Virus record (IMG/VR): IMGVR_UViG_3300021387_000025
Location: 32,001-96,000 of that record
Reading direction: 5' to 3' (one strand)
DNA from: a virus
Taxonomy: Duplodnaviria; Caudoviricetes
DNA: 64,000 nucleotides
The notes under the pieces were generated by a model. It was not told where the DNA came from and did not search any database. It saw nothing but the letters and a program-made list of their open reading frames with translations. Position numbers and translations under genes: made by a program. Below, one piece after another: positions 1 to 10,990 of this stretch; the stretch's first letter is position 1, and each line of letters starts with the position of its first letter.

Positions 1-189
1 AAAAACGGAATTACGTATATAAAATTTTTTGCGAAAGATATTATTAAAGAAATTCAAGATATTGATGCTTTAGATATTAAATGTGAAATTGTGGGTAAAG
101 CTAATTTGAATAAGTGGATGGATAAAATCACACCTCAGATTATCATTGAACATATCAGTATCAAAGAAGATAAACTTTTAGATTTTTAA
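1..189 (+). CDS. 3' end of probable RecJ-like ssDNA exonuclease (partial)
   Basis: Open frame to TAA at 187-189; ...IVGKANLNKWMDKITPQIIIEH... resembles the RecJ C-terminal OB-fold strands; lies just upstream of dnaE. Confidence 0.55.
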   Translation, partial: KNGITYIKFFAKDIIKEIQDIDALDIKCEIVGKANLNKWMDKITPQIIIEHISIKEDKLLDF

Positions 190-263
190 TGTGTCACCAT
201 TTTACTAATAATATTCAATCATTTTTCTACTTTATATTAGAAAATAAAAGGAGAATATTTAAA

Positions 264-1160
264 ATGATAGATATGACTGGATGGAAAATGAGTGAACATG
301 GTGTTCCAGATAGCAAATGGACTGTAATTAAATATGCTGGAAAATCTAAATGGCAATGTTAGTGTATATGTGGAAACTTATCTAATGTTGATGGCAGCAG
401 TCTACGTCATGGAGGCAGTAAAAGTTGCGGAAAATGCGGCAGTAAGAAAACCAAAACAATAGATATGACTGGATGGAAAATGAGCGAACATGGAGTGCCT
501 AATTCAAAAATAATAGTAATTAATTAGGCCCCATCTAAAGGTGGGCATGCTTTATGGGAGTGTAAATGTTCTTGTGGGAATCCAAAACATTTTATTGTCG
601 ATGGTGGGAATTTACGTTCAGGACATACTTTAAGTTGCGGCTGCCTATATAAGGGAATTAATCATATCGACAGAAGTTATTAGTATATAAACAACATCTG
701 GATAGGAAATAAAATTGGGGAAAATTAGCAAGGCAGTTATTTATATGATTGTATTTGTTTTTGTGGTAATCATTTTATTAGTGATGCAACAAGAATAATT
801 AATGGTCATAAATAGTCTTGTGGTTGCTTACGATCTAAAGGAGAAGCTAAAATTAAAAAAATATTAGAAGAATTAAAAATTTCTTATGAACAAGAATATA
901 ACCTCTTAGATTTAGTAGGGCCTCACGGTCAGCCAAGACGAATGGATTTTGCAATTTTTAACGATGATCAAACGATAAAATGTTTTATTGAATATCAAGG
1001 AGAATAGCACTATGATATAAATAACTCTTGGTATAGAGAATCGACAGATGAAGAAAAAAGAGAATATTGCAAATTAAAATCTATTCAATTAATTGAAATT
1101 CCTTACGTGGATTATGACAAACTTGATATTAATTATATAATAAAATTACTTGATTTTTAA
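264..1160 (+). CDS. Free-standing (homing-type) endonuclease: three Cys-rich CxCxCG..SCG repeats plus C-terminal PD-(D/E)xK/Vsr-like domain, 298 aa (TAG=Gln)
   Basis: ATG 264 with AGGAG RBS, TAA 1158-1160; in-frame TAGs give WQC[Q]CICG (360) and RMDF...IEYQGE[Q]HY (1005); absent from the ORF track. Confidence 0.75.
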
Positions 1161-1200
1161 TAAAAATTATGGTATAATATAATTATAAAATGAAAGGAGT

Positions 1201-4200
1201 GTGAAAAAATTGAACTATTGTGGCTCTCTCCATAACCATACGATGTATTCAAATTTACGCATTAGAGATTCAATTAATCGTGTTGATAAAATGATGGAGT
1301 ATGCTGAAAAATTAGGCCATACAGTAATTGGTTTTACGGACCACGAATTTGTCGGGTCTTGGGTGCAAATTGAAAAAGAAGCAAAAAAACATCCAAACTT
1401 AAAAGTTATTAGAGGTAATGAAATTTATTTAGTTAGAAATGGACTAAATAATTCAAATTATGTAGCCGGTGTAGATAAATATTATCACTTCTGTTTATAT
1501 GCTCGTGACCTAGTGGGCGCACATCAAATAATGGAAATTTCAACTCGCGCATGGTTAAGATCTTACATGGCGCGAGGCATGAGAAGAGTCCCAACTTATT
1601 ATCAAGATCTATTTGATATTATTGGTACAAATCCTGGTCATGTTATTGGATCAACAGCTTGTTTAGGTGGCGCGCTCCCTACTCAGATTTTAAGAGGTAC
1701 AGATCGATCTAAATTAGACAGATGGATTAATCAGATGGTAGATATTTTTGGAAAAGATAACTTCTATCTGGAAATGCAGCCAAGTCATAACAAAGATCAA
1801 ATTAAAGTCAATCGTGAATTATTTAAGTTTGCGAATTATCATGGATTAAATTATATTATTACAACTGATAGTCATTATTTAAAGAAAGAGGATCGAGTTA
1901 TTCATAAAGCATATTTAAATGCGCAAGATGGTGATCGTGAAGTTGATGAATTTTATGCAACTACATATATGATGAGTACAGAAGAACTTGAGTCATATAT
2001 GAAAGATTCTTTTGATGATATAGATATAATTCATGCAGCTTATAAGTCAATTCAAGATATAATTGATAAATGTGAAGATTATAGTATTTTAAAGCCTCTT
2101 CGTATCCCGAACTTAAAATGGAAGCCTGCATTAGCATGTTATACAGATTACGAAGAATGGTTTAAGAATATTCCGATGCTTCAAACTTTTTATGATTCAG
2201 AATACGAAGCAGATAGATATTTAGTTAATGCAATTATTGATGGTATTAAACTTCATTCAGATCTTCAGAATCAGCGCGCATATGATGAAATAAATGAAAA
2301 TTTACAGATGACTTGGGTTTCATCAGAAGTTAATAAAGCAAGATGGAGCGCATATTATCTTAATCTTCAACAGATTATTGATCTTTGTTGGGAAGCAGGA
2401 TCGATTGTAGGCCCGGGTCGTGGATCAGGTGTAGGTTTTATTTTGTTATATGTTTTAGGAATTACACAAATTAATCCGTTAAGAGAAACTACTCGTTGTT
2501 TTTCGTGGAGATTTTTGAATCCAGAACGTGTATCGGTTCTTGATGTAGACTTTGACATTGAGGGCGGCCGTCGCGCGCAAGTATTAAATAAGTTTAGAGA
2601 ATTTTACGGACAAGATAGAGTCGCAAACGTAGCAACTTTTAGAACTGAAAAGTCGAAGTCGGCAATTTTAACAGCAGCTCGTGGTTTAGGCATCGATGTT
2701 GATATCGCGCAGTATATTGCAAGTCTCATCCCCGCTGATCGAGGTATGTTAAGAACCTTAGATCAATGTATGTATGGTGATGAAGAAAATGATTGGCCAC
2801 CGATTAAACAGTTTGTAATTGAAATGACACAAAATTATCCAGAACTGTGGGAAGTGGCGCATAGTGTTGAAGGATTGGTTTGTGGTTCTGGCATTCATGC
2901 CGGTGGTGTTATTTTCGTTGACGAGCCTTTCACAAATTCAACAGGTTTGATGCGGGCGCCGGATGGTACAATTTGTACACAGTTTGAACTTCATGATGCA
3001 GAAGACGTAAGTCTTATTAAGTACGATGCTTTGTCAGTTGAAGCAATGGATAAAATTCATAATTGTATTGATCTTTTATGTGATTATGGATATGTCGAAC
3101 GAAAAAATAGCTTAAAAGAAACTTATGAAGATTTGATTGGAATTTATAAACTTGAAAGAGATAATCCTGAAATGTGGAAAATGGTTTGGAACCATGAAAT
3201 TAATTCGTTGTTCCAGATGGAAAAACAGTCAGGTATTAAAGGTATTGCAACGCTGAAGCCGACTTCGGTTGATGATTTAGCGATTTTGAACTCGACAATT
3301 CGTCTTATGGCGCAAGAGAAAGGCGGAGAAATGCCAACAGATAAGCTGGCGCGGTTCAAAACGGATCCGACTGAATGGGATAAGGAATTAGAAAAATATG
3401 GACTTGGCGCGAAAGAGAAGAAAATTTTAGAGCCAGTCTTAGGAATGTCATATGGACTTTGTATTGCTCAGGAACAGTTCATGGAACTTGTACAGTTGCC
3501 GGAATTGGGTGGATTTAGTCTTACATGGGCAGATAAACTTCGTAAGTCAATTGCAAAAAAGAACCCGAAAGAATATGAAGCATTAACCAAAGAATTTTAT
3601 GAGACAACAAAAGAGAAAGGCATTAATCAATTGTTTGCCCATTATGTTTGGGATGTATTGATTGCAATGTCTCGTGGATATGGTTTTAATCAGTCACACA
3701 CTCTTGCATATAGTTTAATTGCTCTTCAGGAAATGAATTTAGCTTATCACTATCCAATCATGTTTTGGAATTGTGCTTGTTTGATTAGCGATGCGGGCGG
3801 CAACGATGATGACGAAGAGGATGAAGAAGCGATCGAAGAACTTAAACATGAAGAAGTTTATTATAATGAAATGGAAGAGTTCAACGATGAAGAAGATGAA
3901 GCTGAAGATTCTTATGAAGAAGAAGATTGTGATGGGTATCCAGCAGAAGTAATCAAAACTTCTGAAGGAAGAAAAAAGAAAAAAGTAAAGTCAACTAATT
4001 ATGGAAAAATCGCGACAGCTATTGGTCGTATTAAAATGACTGGCGTAGAAGTAGCTCCCCCAGATATAAATCAATCAACTTTTACATTTTCTCCAGACAT
4101 TGAACATAATACGATTAGATATGGGTTGTCAGGTATTACGAGAATCGGTAATGATTTAGTAAATGAAATTATTGGCGGGCGGCCGTATAGTGGAATTAAT

Positions 4201-5193
4201 GACTTTTTAAATAGAATTAAAGTTAATAAAACTCAAATGATTAACTTGATTAAGTCAGGCGCATTTGATAGTTTTGGTAATCGAATGACGATTATGCAGA
4301 ATTATGTAAATGAGATTAGTGGCGCGAAGAAGCGTATCACTCTTCAGAATATGAAGATGTTGATTGATTTTGGTCTTATTCCCGATGAGTATGATCTAGA
4401 GCGCCGTGTATATAACTTCAATAAATATTTGAAAAAGATGAAGATGGGAGATTATTATGGACTGGATAATATCGCTTTTAATTTCTATAGTAATCGCTTT
4501 GACATTGATTTGTGTACTCCTTCTGATGATACTGATAGTGGTTTTAAAATCAAGCAAGTAAAGTGGGATGCGATTTATCAAAAATATATGGATCGAATTA
4601 GACCATATGTTCAAAAGCACAATAAAGAATTATTAGATGCAATAAATAAAAAGTTAACTCAAGATACTTGGGATAAATATTGTAAAGGTACAATCTCTCA
4701 TTGGGAAATGGAATCAATTTCTTGTTATCTTCATGAGCATGAATTAGCAAATCTTGATTATAAAAAATATGGATTTACTGAATTTTATGATATTGATGAA
4801 ACACCCGAGATTGAAAGATATATCCCAATAAAAGGAAAGATGATTCCAATTTTTAGACTTTATCGTATAGTAGGAACTGTTCTTGATCGCGATAAAGCAA
4901 AAAAGACAGTAACCTTGCTTACTCGAGATGGAGTTGTAACAGTTAAAATCTATGGAGGCGTTTTTGCTCAATATGATAAGCAGTTAAGTGAAAAAGACGC
5001 GACTGGACATAAACATGTAATTGAAAAAAGTATGTTCAGTAGAGGAAATATCATAATTGTTTGCGGTCTTCGTGATGGAGAAAACGAATTTAGAGCAAAA
5101 AAATATAGTAAAACTCCATATCACACAGTTGAACAAATTGTAAATATTGAAGGAGAACAAATTACGACACATAGTCGTTCTGCAGAAGCATAA
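1201..5193 (+). CDS. dnaE: DNA polymerase III alpha subunit (family C, DnaE-type)
   Basis: PHP motifs HNH, TDH, GNE, TTDSH; GPGRGSG; RFLNPERVSVLDVDFD; GIHAGG; KYDAL; GFNQSH; PPDINQS; no in-frame TAG. Confidence 0.95.
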   Translation: MKKLNYCGSLHNHTMYSNLRIRDSINRVDKMMEYAEKLGHTVIGFTDHEFVGSWVQIEKEAKKHPNLKVIRGNEIYLVRNGLNNSNYVAGVDKYYHFCLYARDLVGAHQIMEISTRAWLRSYMARGMRRVPTYYQDLFDIIGTNPGHVIGSTACLGGALPTQILRGTDRSKLDRWINQMVDIFGKDNFYLEMQPSHNKDQIKVNRELFKFANYHGLNYIITTDSHYLKKEDRVIHKAYLNAQDGDREVDEFYATTYMMSTEELESYMKDSFDDIDIIHAAYKSIQDIIDKCEDYSILKPLRIPNLKWKPALACYTDYEEWFKNIPMLQTFYDSEYEADRYLVNAIIDGIKLHSDLQNQRAYDEINENLQMTWVSSEVNKARWSAYYLNLQQIIDLCWEAGSIVGPGRGSGVGFILLYVLGITQINPLRETTRCFSWRFLNPERVSVLDVDFDIEGGRRAQVLNKFREFYGQDRVANVATFRTEKSKSAILTAARGLGIDVDIAQYIASLIPADRGMLRTLDQCMYGDEENDWPPIKQFVIEMTQNYPELWEVAHSVEGLVCGSGIHAGGVIFVDEPFTNSTGLMRAPDGTICTQFELHDAEDVSLIKYDALSVEAMDKIHNCIDLLCDYGYVERKNSLKETYEDLIGIYKLERDNPEMWKMVWNHEINSLFQMEKQSGIKGIATLKPTSVDDLAILNSTIRLMAQEKGGEMPTDKLARFKTDPTEWDKELEKYGLGAKEKKILEPVLGMSYGLCIAQEQFMELVQLPELGGFSLTWADKLRKSIAKKNPKEYEALTKEFYETTKEKGINQLFAHYVWDVLIAMSRGYGFNQSHTLAYSLIALQEMNLAYHYPIMFWNCACLISDAGGNDDDEEDEEAIEELKHEEVYYNEMEEFNDEEDEAEDSYEEEDCDGYPAEVIKTSEGRKKKKVKSTNYGKIATAIGRIKMTGVEVAPPDINQSTFTFSPDIEHNTIRYGLSGITRIGNDLVNEIIGGRPYSGINDFLNRIKVNKTQMINLIKSGAFDSFGNRMTIMQNYVNEISGAKKRITLQNMKMLIDFGLIPDEYDLERRVYNFNKYLKKMKMGDYYGLDNIAFNFYSNRFDIDLCTPSDDTDSGFKIKQVKWDAIYQKYMDRIRPYVQKHNKELLDAINKKLTQDTWDKYCKGTISHWEMESISCYLHEHELANLDYKKYGFTEFYDIDETPEIERYIPIKGKMIPIFRLYRIVGTVLDRDKAKKTVTLLTRDGVVTVKIYGGVFAQYDKQLSEKDATGHKHVIEKSMFSRGNIIIVCGLRDGENEFRAKKYSKTPYHTVEQIVNIEGEQITTHSRSAEA

Positions 5194-6347
5194 TGCCTGT
5201 ATTTGGAATTCACGATTACGATTTTTTTAATTATGAACACGTAATTCCCAATATAGATTGCGCGAAGTATTTAACTTATTATCGTAATCATTCGACCATC
5301 GCCGCTCTGGTTCCTCGTATGGAACCAGAGCGATATACAACTTTTATCGTCAGAAAAGAATATGATGATGGTTATTATCCTAAAGAGCTATTTTTACCAA
5401 ATGTTGAATTTGGCGGTCGAGTGTTTTCAGTTGAATAGACTAAGCCTCTACCACCAGAAATAGAAGCAACTATACCAAACATGCACGTTTATGATTAGTA
5501 TTATCCCTATTTTGGATAGTTAAAATCAGATAAAACAACTTTTTAGCGAATATTAAATTGCGCGCACATAAGATTAGCTCCAGACGGAGAAAATTTAATG
5601 ACGGTAGAAGAAACTGCACCTTATTTTTATAAAGGAATTACTGGCATATTCGCGCATGATTATGATTTAGCTGGATTAAAAGCATATGATCTAATAAGCG
5701 AAACGCAACGACGGCGCAAATTCATAGACCGAAATGAAATACATCCGTATCCATTTGGAAATAAATACCCTATTTAGCTTTATTCTTCTGATGAATTATA
5801 GAATTGGTTAAAGGTTGTAACCATTCCAAATGGACTTTTGTTAGAATACAATGGGCTTATGACCGATAGGGTCTTATATAATTTATGTCAGCAAAATAAA
5901 CGTATGGCGCGCCAAGTATATTATAATGTAACCCATGGATGTACCGACGAGAACGATTTTTTTATTAATAGAGCAAGAAAAATTTTTATCTAGACTTTAT
6001 TTTTACGAAAAGCTGGCATAAAAATTTTACTTAAATATGAAGATGGTTTTTTCAAAACTCCAGAATTAGAAAAATATATAGAATTATTAAATTGTTGGTT
6101 AAGTTTTTGTTATTTTGATGACTGCGCGCCCAAGTATCAAACATTATACCGCATTTGTAGATTAGACTCTTCTATGAAATACTTTAATTGGGCTTTCCGA
6201 ACTATAACTGTAACAGTAGAAGAAATGCGTTCTATTTTTCAATTCTTCCGAGAAAAAGATTATTCTATCTTTAAAATGTTTTATGAATGGGATTCTGTCA
6301 TTTATGAAGGAGGACGTTTTATTAATGAATGGACTAGAGATTCGTAA
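5193..6347 (+). CDS. Hypothetical protein, 384 aa (TAG=Gln)
   Basis: Only TAGs interrupt the frame from ATG 5193 to TAA 6345-6347; start overlaps the dnaE stop (TAATG). Confidence 0.75.
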
Positions 6348-6516
6348 ACGTATAATTGAAAACAATAAATTAATTGCCGAGTAGCCTCACAACATCTTTG
6401 TGTTAAATCAAAAAATTCAAAAGCTACTTGACGAAAATCGCAGACTACAAGAACTGTGTCCCCACGAGTATGATGAAACTGGATTTTGTATTTATTGTGA
6501 CAAGGAGTATAAGTAA
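6325..6516 (+). CDS. Small protein with C-terminal CPH...CIYC putative Zn site, 63 aa (one TAG)
   Basis: AGGAGG upstream; MNGLEIRKRIIENNKLIAE[Q]PHN...CPHEYDETGFCIYCDKEYK. Confidence 0.6.
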
Positions 6517-6517
6517 A

Positions 6518-6736
6518 ATGGAAATAGTTTTATATTCTACACATTGCCCGAAGTGTAAAGTAATTGAAACAAAACTTAAACAAGCTAACTTGAATTACAC
6601 CGAAGTCGATGATGTAGAAGAGATGATTAAATTAGGTTTTAAAATGGCGCCGATCTTAAAAGTTGATAATGATATTTTAGATTTTGCAGCCGCAAATAAA
6701 TTCTTAAATGAGGTAAGAAAGAATGGCGTCAATTAA
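6518..6736 (+). CDS. Glutaredoxin/NrdH-like redoxin
   Basis: MEIVLYSTHCPKCK (CxxC) and MAPILKVD; AGGAG RBS; adjacent to nrdD. Confidence 0.85.
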   Translation: MEIVLYSTHCPKCKVIETKLKQANLNYTEVDDVEEMIKLGFKMAPILKVDNDILDFAAANKFLNEVRKNGVN

Positions 6737-8645
6737 TGTACGATTAAACAAAAACTTTACAACTCAGTTTAATAAATTACAAGCTGAATACGGGGAAGAA
6801 TTTGCGCGCCTTAACGGTCTTGGAGACGAATAGCTTTCCTACACTGATTTCATTCAAAATTTTATTGACACAGAAACAGTTGCCGATGCTTCAATTGACA
6901 GTAATGCAAATGTCTCTTCCAAAGATATGCGTACGTTAATGAATGAAATGCCTAAGCCGCATCGTAAACTTTTAGCATATAACAAAATCTATTTTGAATT
7001 AAATAAAAAATATGGTTTTAAAACTGCTAATGAATGGCTTCGCGCAGAATGGAGTAAAGCACTTTATATGCACGATGCAGATACAGCCACATTTTTACAT
7101 TATTGTTTTGCATATGACTTAAAAGATTTAGCTGAGAAAGGATTATTCTTTTTAAATGGATTTAACTATGAAGCGCCGCAGCATTTATCGACTTTTGTTG
7201 ATTTTGTAAAAGAATTTATTAGTTTTGCAGCAAACCGCAGCTCCGGCGCGGTAGGTTTGCCTAACTTAATTCCTTATATGTATTACTTCTGGAAGAAAGA
7301 CTGTGAAAATGGATATGCAACAAAAGATGCTGATTACTATGCTCGTCAGCAGATTCAAAGATTCATTTATGCCGTTAACCAGCCTTATGTGCGTGATGGT
7401 ATGCAATCGGCCTTTACGAATGTCAGCGTATTTGACGGACCATATTTGGAAGCTTTGTTTGGCGGATCAGAGTTCCCCGATGGAACTTTTATGATTGATG
7501 AAATAGAAGAAATTAAAGAGTTCCAAAAAGTTTTTATGGAAGTGGTGGCAGATATTCGTCAAAAGAATATGTTTACCTTCCCCGTATTAACAATTTCACT
7601 CCTCAGGCAAAATCACAAATTTATTGATGAAGATTTTGCGCGGTGGGGTGTTGCGCATAATATGAAGTGGAATGATTCTAATCTTTTTATTGATGATAGT
7701 GTCACCTCTCTTTCAAACTGCTGCCGTTTAAAATCTAATATTGATGACTTAGGCTATTTCAATTCCATAGGTGGTACAGCACTCAAAGTTGGTAGTGTAA
7801 AAGTCTCTACCGTGAACCTCGCGCGCCTTGCATTAGAACACGACAATGAACAAGATTATCTTGTCGCACTTCGTGATTTAGTTGAGCTTGATTGTAAAGT
7901 TCTTGATGTTGTAAGACATATTATTGAAAGAAATGTTGAAAAAGGATTGCTTCCAAATTTTTCAAAAGGTTTAGTTGATTTTGAACATCTATATAATACA
8001 GTTGGCATTATTGGTGTTTATGAAACAATGAAAAAATTTGGATATACACGCCAAGACGAATTTGGTAACGTGTATTATACGCCAGCAGCAGACCAATTTG
8101 GAAAGAAGATCTTTGAAGTAATTCATCGTACTAAAGACCAATTTGCGCTTGATAAGAATTATAAAATCAATCTTGAACAAATTCCAGGCGAATCCTGCGC
8201 CGCTAAGTTCCAAAAAGCTGATGAATTATTGTTTGGTGATAAAGTAGTTGATGATCTACCGCTCTACGGAAATCAATTCATCCCGCTTGGCATTAAAACA
8301 ACAATTCAAGAAAGAATTAGAATTGCATCATTATTTGATTCTTATTGTAACGGTGGGTCAATCGCGCACATTAATATTGAAGCTCCATTTAATAATTTTG
8401 AAAAAGCTTGGAAAATGACTGAATATATTGCAGATCAGGGATTGACTTATTTTGCTTTCAATACAAAAATCCAAGCTTGTAAACATAATCACGCCTTCTA
8501 TGGAAAGATTTGTCCGTTATGTGGAGAACCAGTAGCCACTGAATATACTCGTGTAGTAGGATTCTATACTCCAATTCAGTCATGGTCAAAAGAACGCAAA
8601 GCAGAGTATAAAATGCGTGAGTGGGAGAATGTAAATGCTAATTAA
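6723..8645 (+). CDS. nrdD: Anaerobic (class III) ribonucleoside-triphosphate reductase, 640 aa (one TAG at 6831)
   Basis: SNCCRL, FTFP, GGSIAHIN, CxxxH..CPLCG, and glycyl-radical motif RVVGFY; start extended to ATG 6723 by TAG readthrough. Confidence 0.92.
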
Positions 8646-9114
8646 AGGAATAAAAGATGAATGTATTGGTGATTTTAAAGAAATTGGGATGTTGATTGTG
8701 TTTCCAAATTGCAGCTTTAAATGCGATAAGGATTGCGGCCGCCCCATTTGCCAAAATTCTCACTTAGCAAATTCACCAGTAATAGAAGTGCCAATTGACA
8801 ATATAATTGAAAGATATTAGCAAAATCCTATCTCTACTTCATTAATTTGCGGTGGTCTAGAACCTTTTGATTCAATTCAAGATTTATATATGCTAATTGC
8901 AGATTTTCGTAAAGTTTCTAATGATCCAGTTGTAATATATACTGGGTATACTGAGGAAGAAGTAGAAAAAATATTAGGCTGGGCTTTTATAAAATGGTTA
9001 GGAAATCTTTATATTAAATATGGAAGATTTATTCCTGGTCAAGAGCCACATTTTGATGAAGTTTTAGGAATTAATTTAGCCAGTGATAATCAATATGGCA
9101 AATATTATGAATAA
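8635..9114 (+). CDS. nrdG: Anaerobic RNR activating enzyme (radical SAM), 159 aa (one TAG at 8818)
   Basis: CSFKC..C..CQN, GGLEPF, IYTGY, YGRFI, ASDNQ; two track fragments join in frame across a single TAG. Confidence 0.9.
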
Positions 9115-9122
9115 GAGGTAAT

Positions 9123-9818
9123 ATGATTAGGGTTGAAAATATTGAAGTTTGGGGTTTTGAGCATGCCATTCGTGGTATGCGCAACCCCATGAATAGTTGG
9201 GATAAGAGTGACAGCTATATGTGCGATGAGAAACATTGTGGCGGAAAATGTTGTCGTGAGGATATGATTGACGAAAAGGATTGTACTCAGCCTGATGGAT
9301 ATCATGTAGGTAAAAATGATTTGGGCCTAATGAAGAGGCTATATAAAGCTGGAACAGAGCATAGAAAGTATTTACGTCAGATTTTCGTCAGCATGGATAT
9401 AACTGCTCCGTTATATTGGTGGAAAGAATTCGATACTTACAAAGTTGGTACAACAGCTAACTCGTGTTCTACCATGCATAAGATTGCGGCAAAAGAATTT
9501 GAATTAGATGATTTTAGTCATGAACATATAGAAGTTGGAATGTCTTCAGATATTTGGCTTAATTGTTTTTATCAAACTATTGACGTATTAAATATTGCAA
9601 GAGAAGAATATTTAAAAACCAAAAATAAAGATTATTGGTGGCAGATGATTCAGCTACTTCCATCTTCTTATAATCAAAAAAGAACCATAACCATGAATTA
9701 TGAAAATGTAATTTCCATGCTTCATCAGCGCGAAGGTCACAAACTTGATGAATGGAATACTCTTCTCAAAGAATTCAGAGAAAAATTACCATATATAAAA
9801 GAAATCACTGAAATTTGA
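9123..9818 (+). CDS. ThyX-like (flavin-dependent thymidylate synthase-like) protein
   Basis: EHRKYLRQI..DITAPLYWWKEFDTYK..ANSCSTMH..LLPSSYNQKR..HKLDEW, as in phage ThyX-like proteins; canonical RHRx7S motif not present. Confidence 0.6.
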   Translation: MIRVENIEVWGFEHAIRGMRNPMNSWDKSDSYMCDEKHCGGKCCREDMIDEKDCTQPDGYHVGKNDLGLMKRLYKAGTEHRKYLRQIFVSMDITAPLYWWKEFDTYKVGTTANSCSTMHKIAAKEFELDDFSHEHIEVGMSSDIWLNCFYQTIDVLNIAREEYLKTKNKDYWWQMIQLLPSSYNQKRTITMNYENVISMLHQREGHKLDEWNTLLKEFREKLPYIKEITEI

Positions 9819-9872
9819 AAAATTAAAAAATTTTTGATATAATTATAATATAAAATTAAGAGAGGTGCAGAA

Positions 9873-10085
9873 ATGTTACTTGAAACAACTCAGAAATTTG
9901 CAGTAGATACTGAAGTCAAAGCTAAGGACATGATTGAGGCTTTTCGCGCGGAAGCTGAGACAAAAGGATATACAGTTAAGAAGGCTGGATATGAATATAA
10001 AGTAAAAAAGGCAAAGGGTGAAATTATTGGAGAACGTTGGGTAGTAAGTGTAACTCAAGTATTTGGAACTCTTTGGGAGGAATAA
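9873..10085 (+). CDS. Hypothetical protein, 70 aa
   Basis: GAGG RBS; TTGAAA-N17-TATAAT promoter at about 9815-9843. Confidence 0.7.
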   Translation: MLLETTQKFAVDTEVKAKDMIEAFRAEAETKGYTVKKAGYEYKVKKAKGEIIGERWVVSVTQVFGTLWEE

Positions 10086-10978
10086 TGAAAGAAGATAAAA
10101 TTATCAGCTTAGAAGAAGTTAAAGAGCTTAGTAAAGTATTAGATTCTACCTTCCCCACAGAAGAAAATTCAAATGAATCAGATATGAGTACATTGATGAT
10201 AAATCTGCTAAATATGCCTGACGAACAATTTGATCTTATAGCGCCAGGAGTATTGGAAGGTTTTGAGCGTTCAGTCAATAACCCAAATAATAGAATTGCA
10301 TTCGCGCAAGCAATGAATTCTCTTGGATATACTGCAGATGATATGGTAGAAAGTATTGATGAAATTACAAAATCCATTGATGCTGTTGATGTTATACCAG
10401 TCATGAAAAAAGATTTCTTAAAAAAGTTAATTGGTATTTTATTTAATACTATTAATGAAACTGAAGGAATTGCAAAACGATATATTTCCATTCCAATTGA
10501 ATTATGTCACGAAAATGCAAAAGTTCCACAATACGCGCATGTCAGTGATAGTGGAGTCGATGTATATGCTCTTGAAGATATAACAATTCATCCAGGAGAA
10601 ACAGTACTTGTTCCAACGGGTATAAAAGTAGCATTGCCGCCGGGATATGAAATTCAGGTTCGTCCAAAGAGCGGCCGCGCACTTAAAACAAAACTTAGAG
10701 TTGCCAATACGCCTGGTACAATTGATAGTGGATATCGTGACGAAATTAAAGTTATAATTGAAAATATTGAGCCTTCAATTAAAAACATGACAGTTGATGA
10801 TAATGGACGCGTAACTTCTGTTTTATTTGGATCTGATTACTTTATAGGAAAAGGTGAGAAATTTTGTCAGTTGGTACTTTCGGAAGTACCTAAAATGGCG
10901 TTCTATAGAGTTGATTCAATTAAAGAGGTTGATGAAATAGACCGTGGAGGTGGATTTGGTTCTACTGGACTAAAATAA
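10085..10978 (+). CDS. dut: Trimeric dUTPase with about 130-aa N-terminal extension
   Basis: Motifs SGVD, RPKSG, GTIDSGYRDE, CQL, RGGGFGSTG; start at ATG 10085 after GGAGG. Confidence 0.9.
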   Translation: MKEDKIISLEEVKELSKVLDSTFPTEENSNESDMSTLMINLLNMPDEQFDLIAPGVLEGFERSVNNPNNRIAFAQAMNSLGYTADDMVESIDEITKSIDAVDVIPVMKKDFLKKLIGILFNTINETEGIAKRYISIPIELCHENAKVPQYAHVSDSGVDVYALEDITIHPGETVLVPTGIKVALPPGYEIQVRPKSGRALKTKLRVANTPGTIDSGYRDEIKVIIENIEPSIKNMTVDDNGRVTSVLFGSDYFIGKGEKFCQLVLSEVPKMAFYRVDSIKEVDEIDRGGGFGSTGLK

Positions 10979-10990
10979 TCCAAAACGTAA

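Noticed and set aside
3790-3995. Intein in dnaE
   Set aside because: Too short, with no N-terminal C/S block or terminal HN motif
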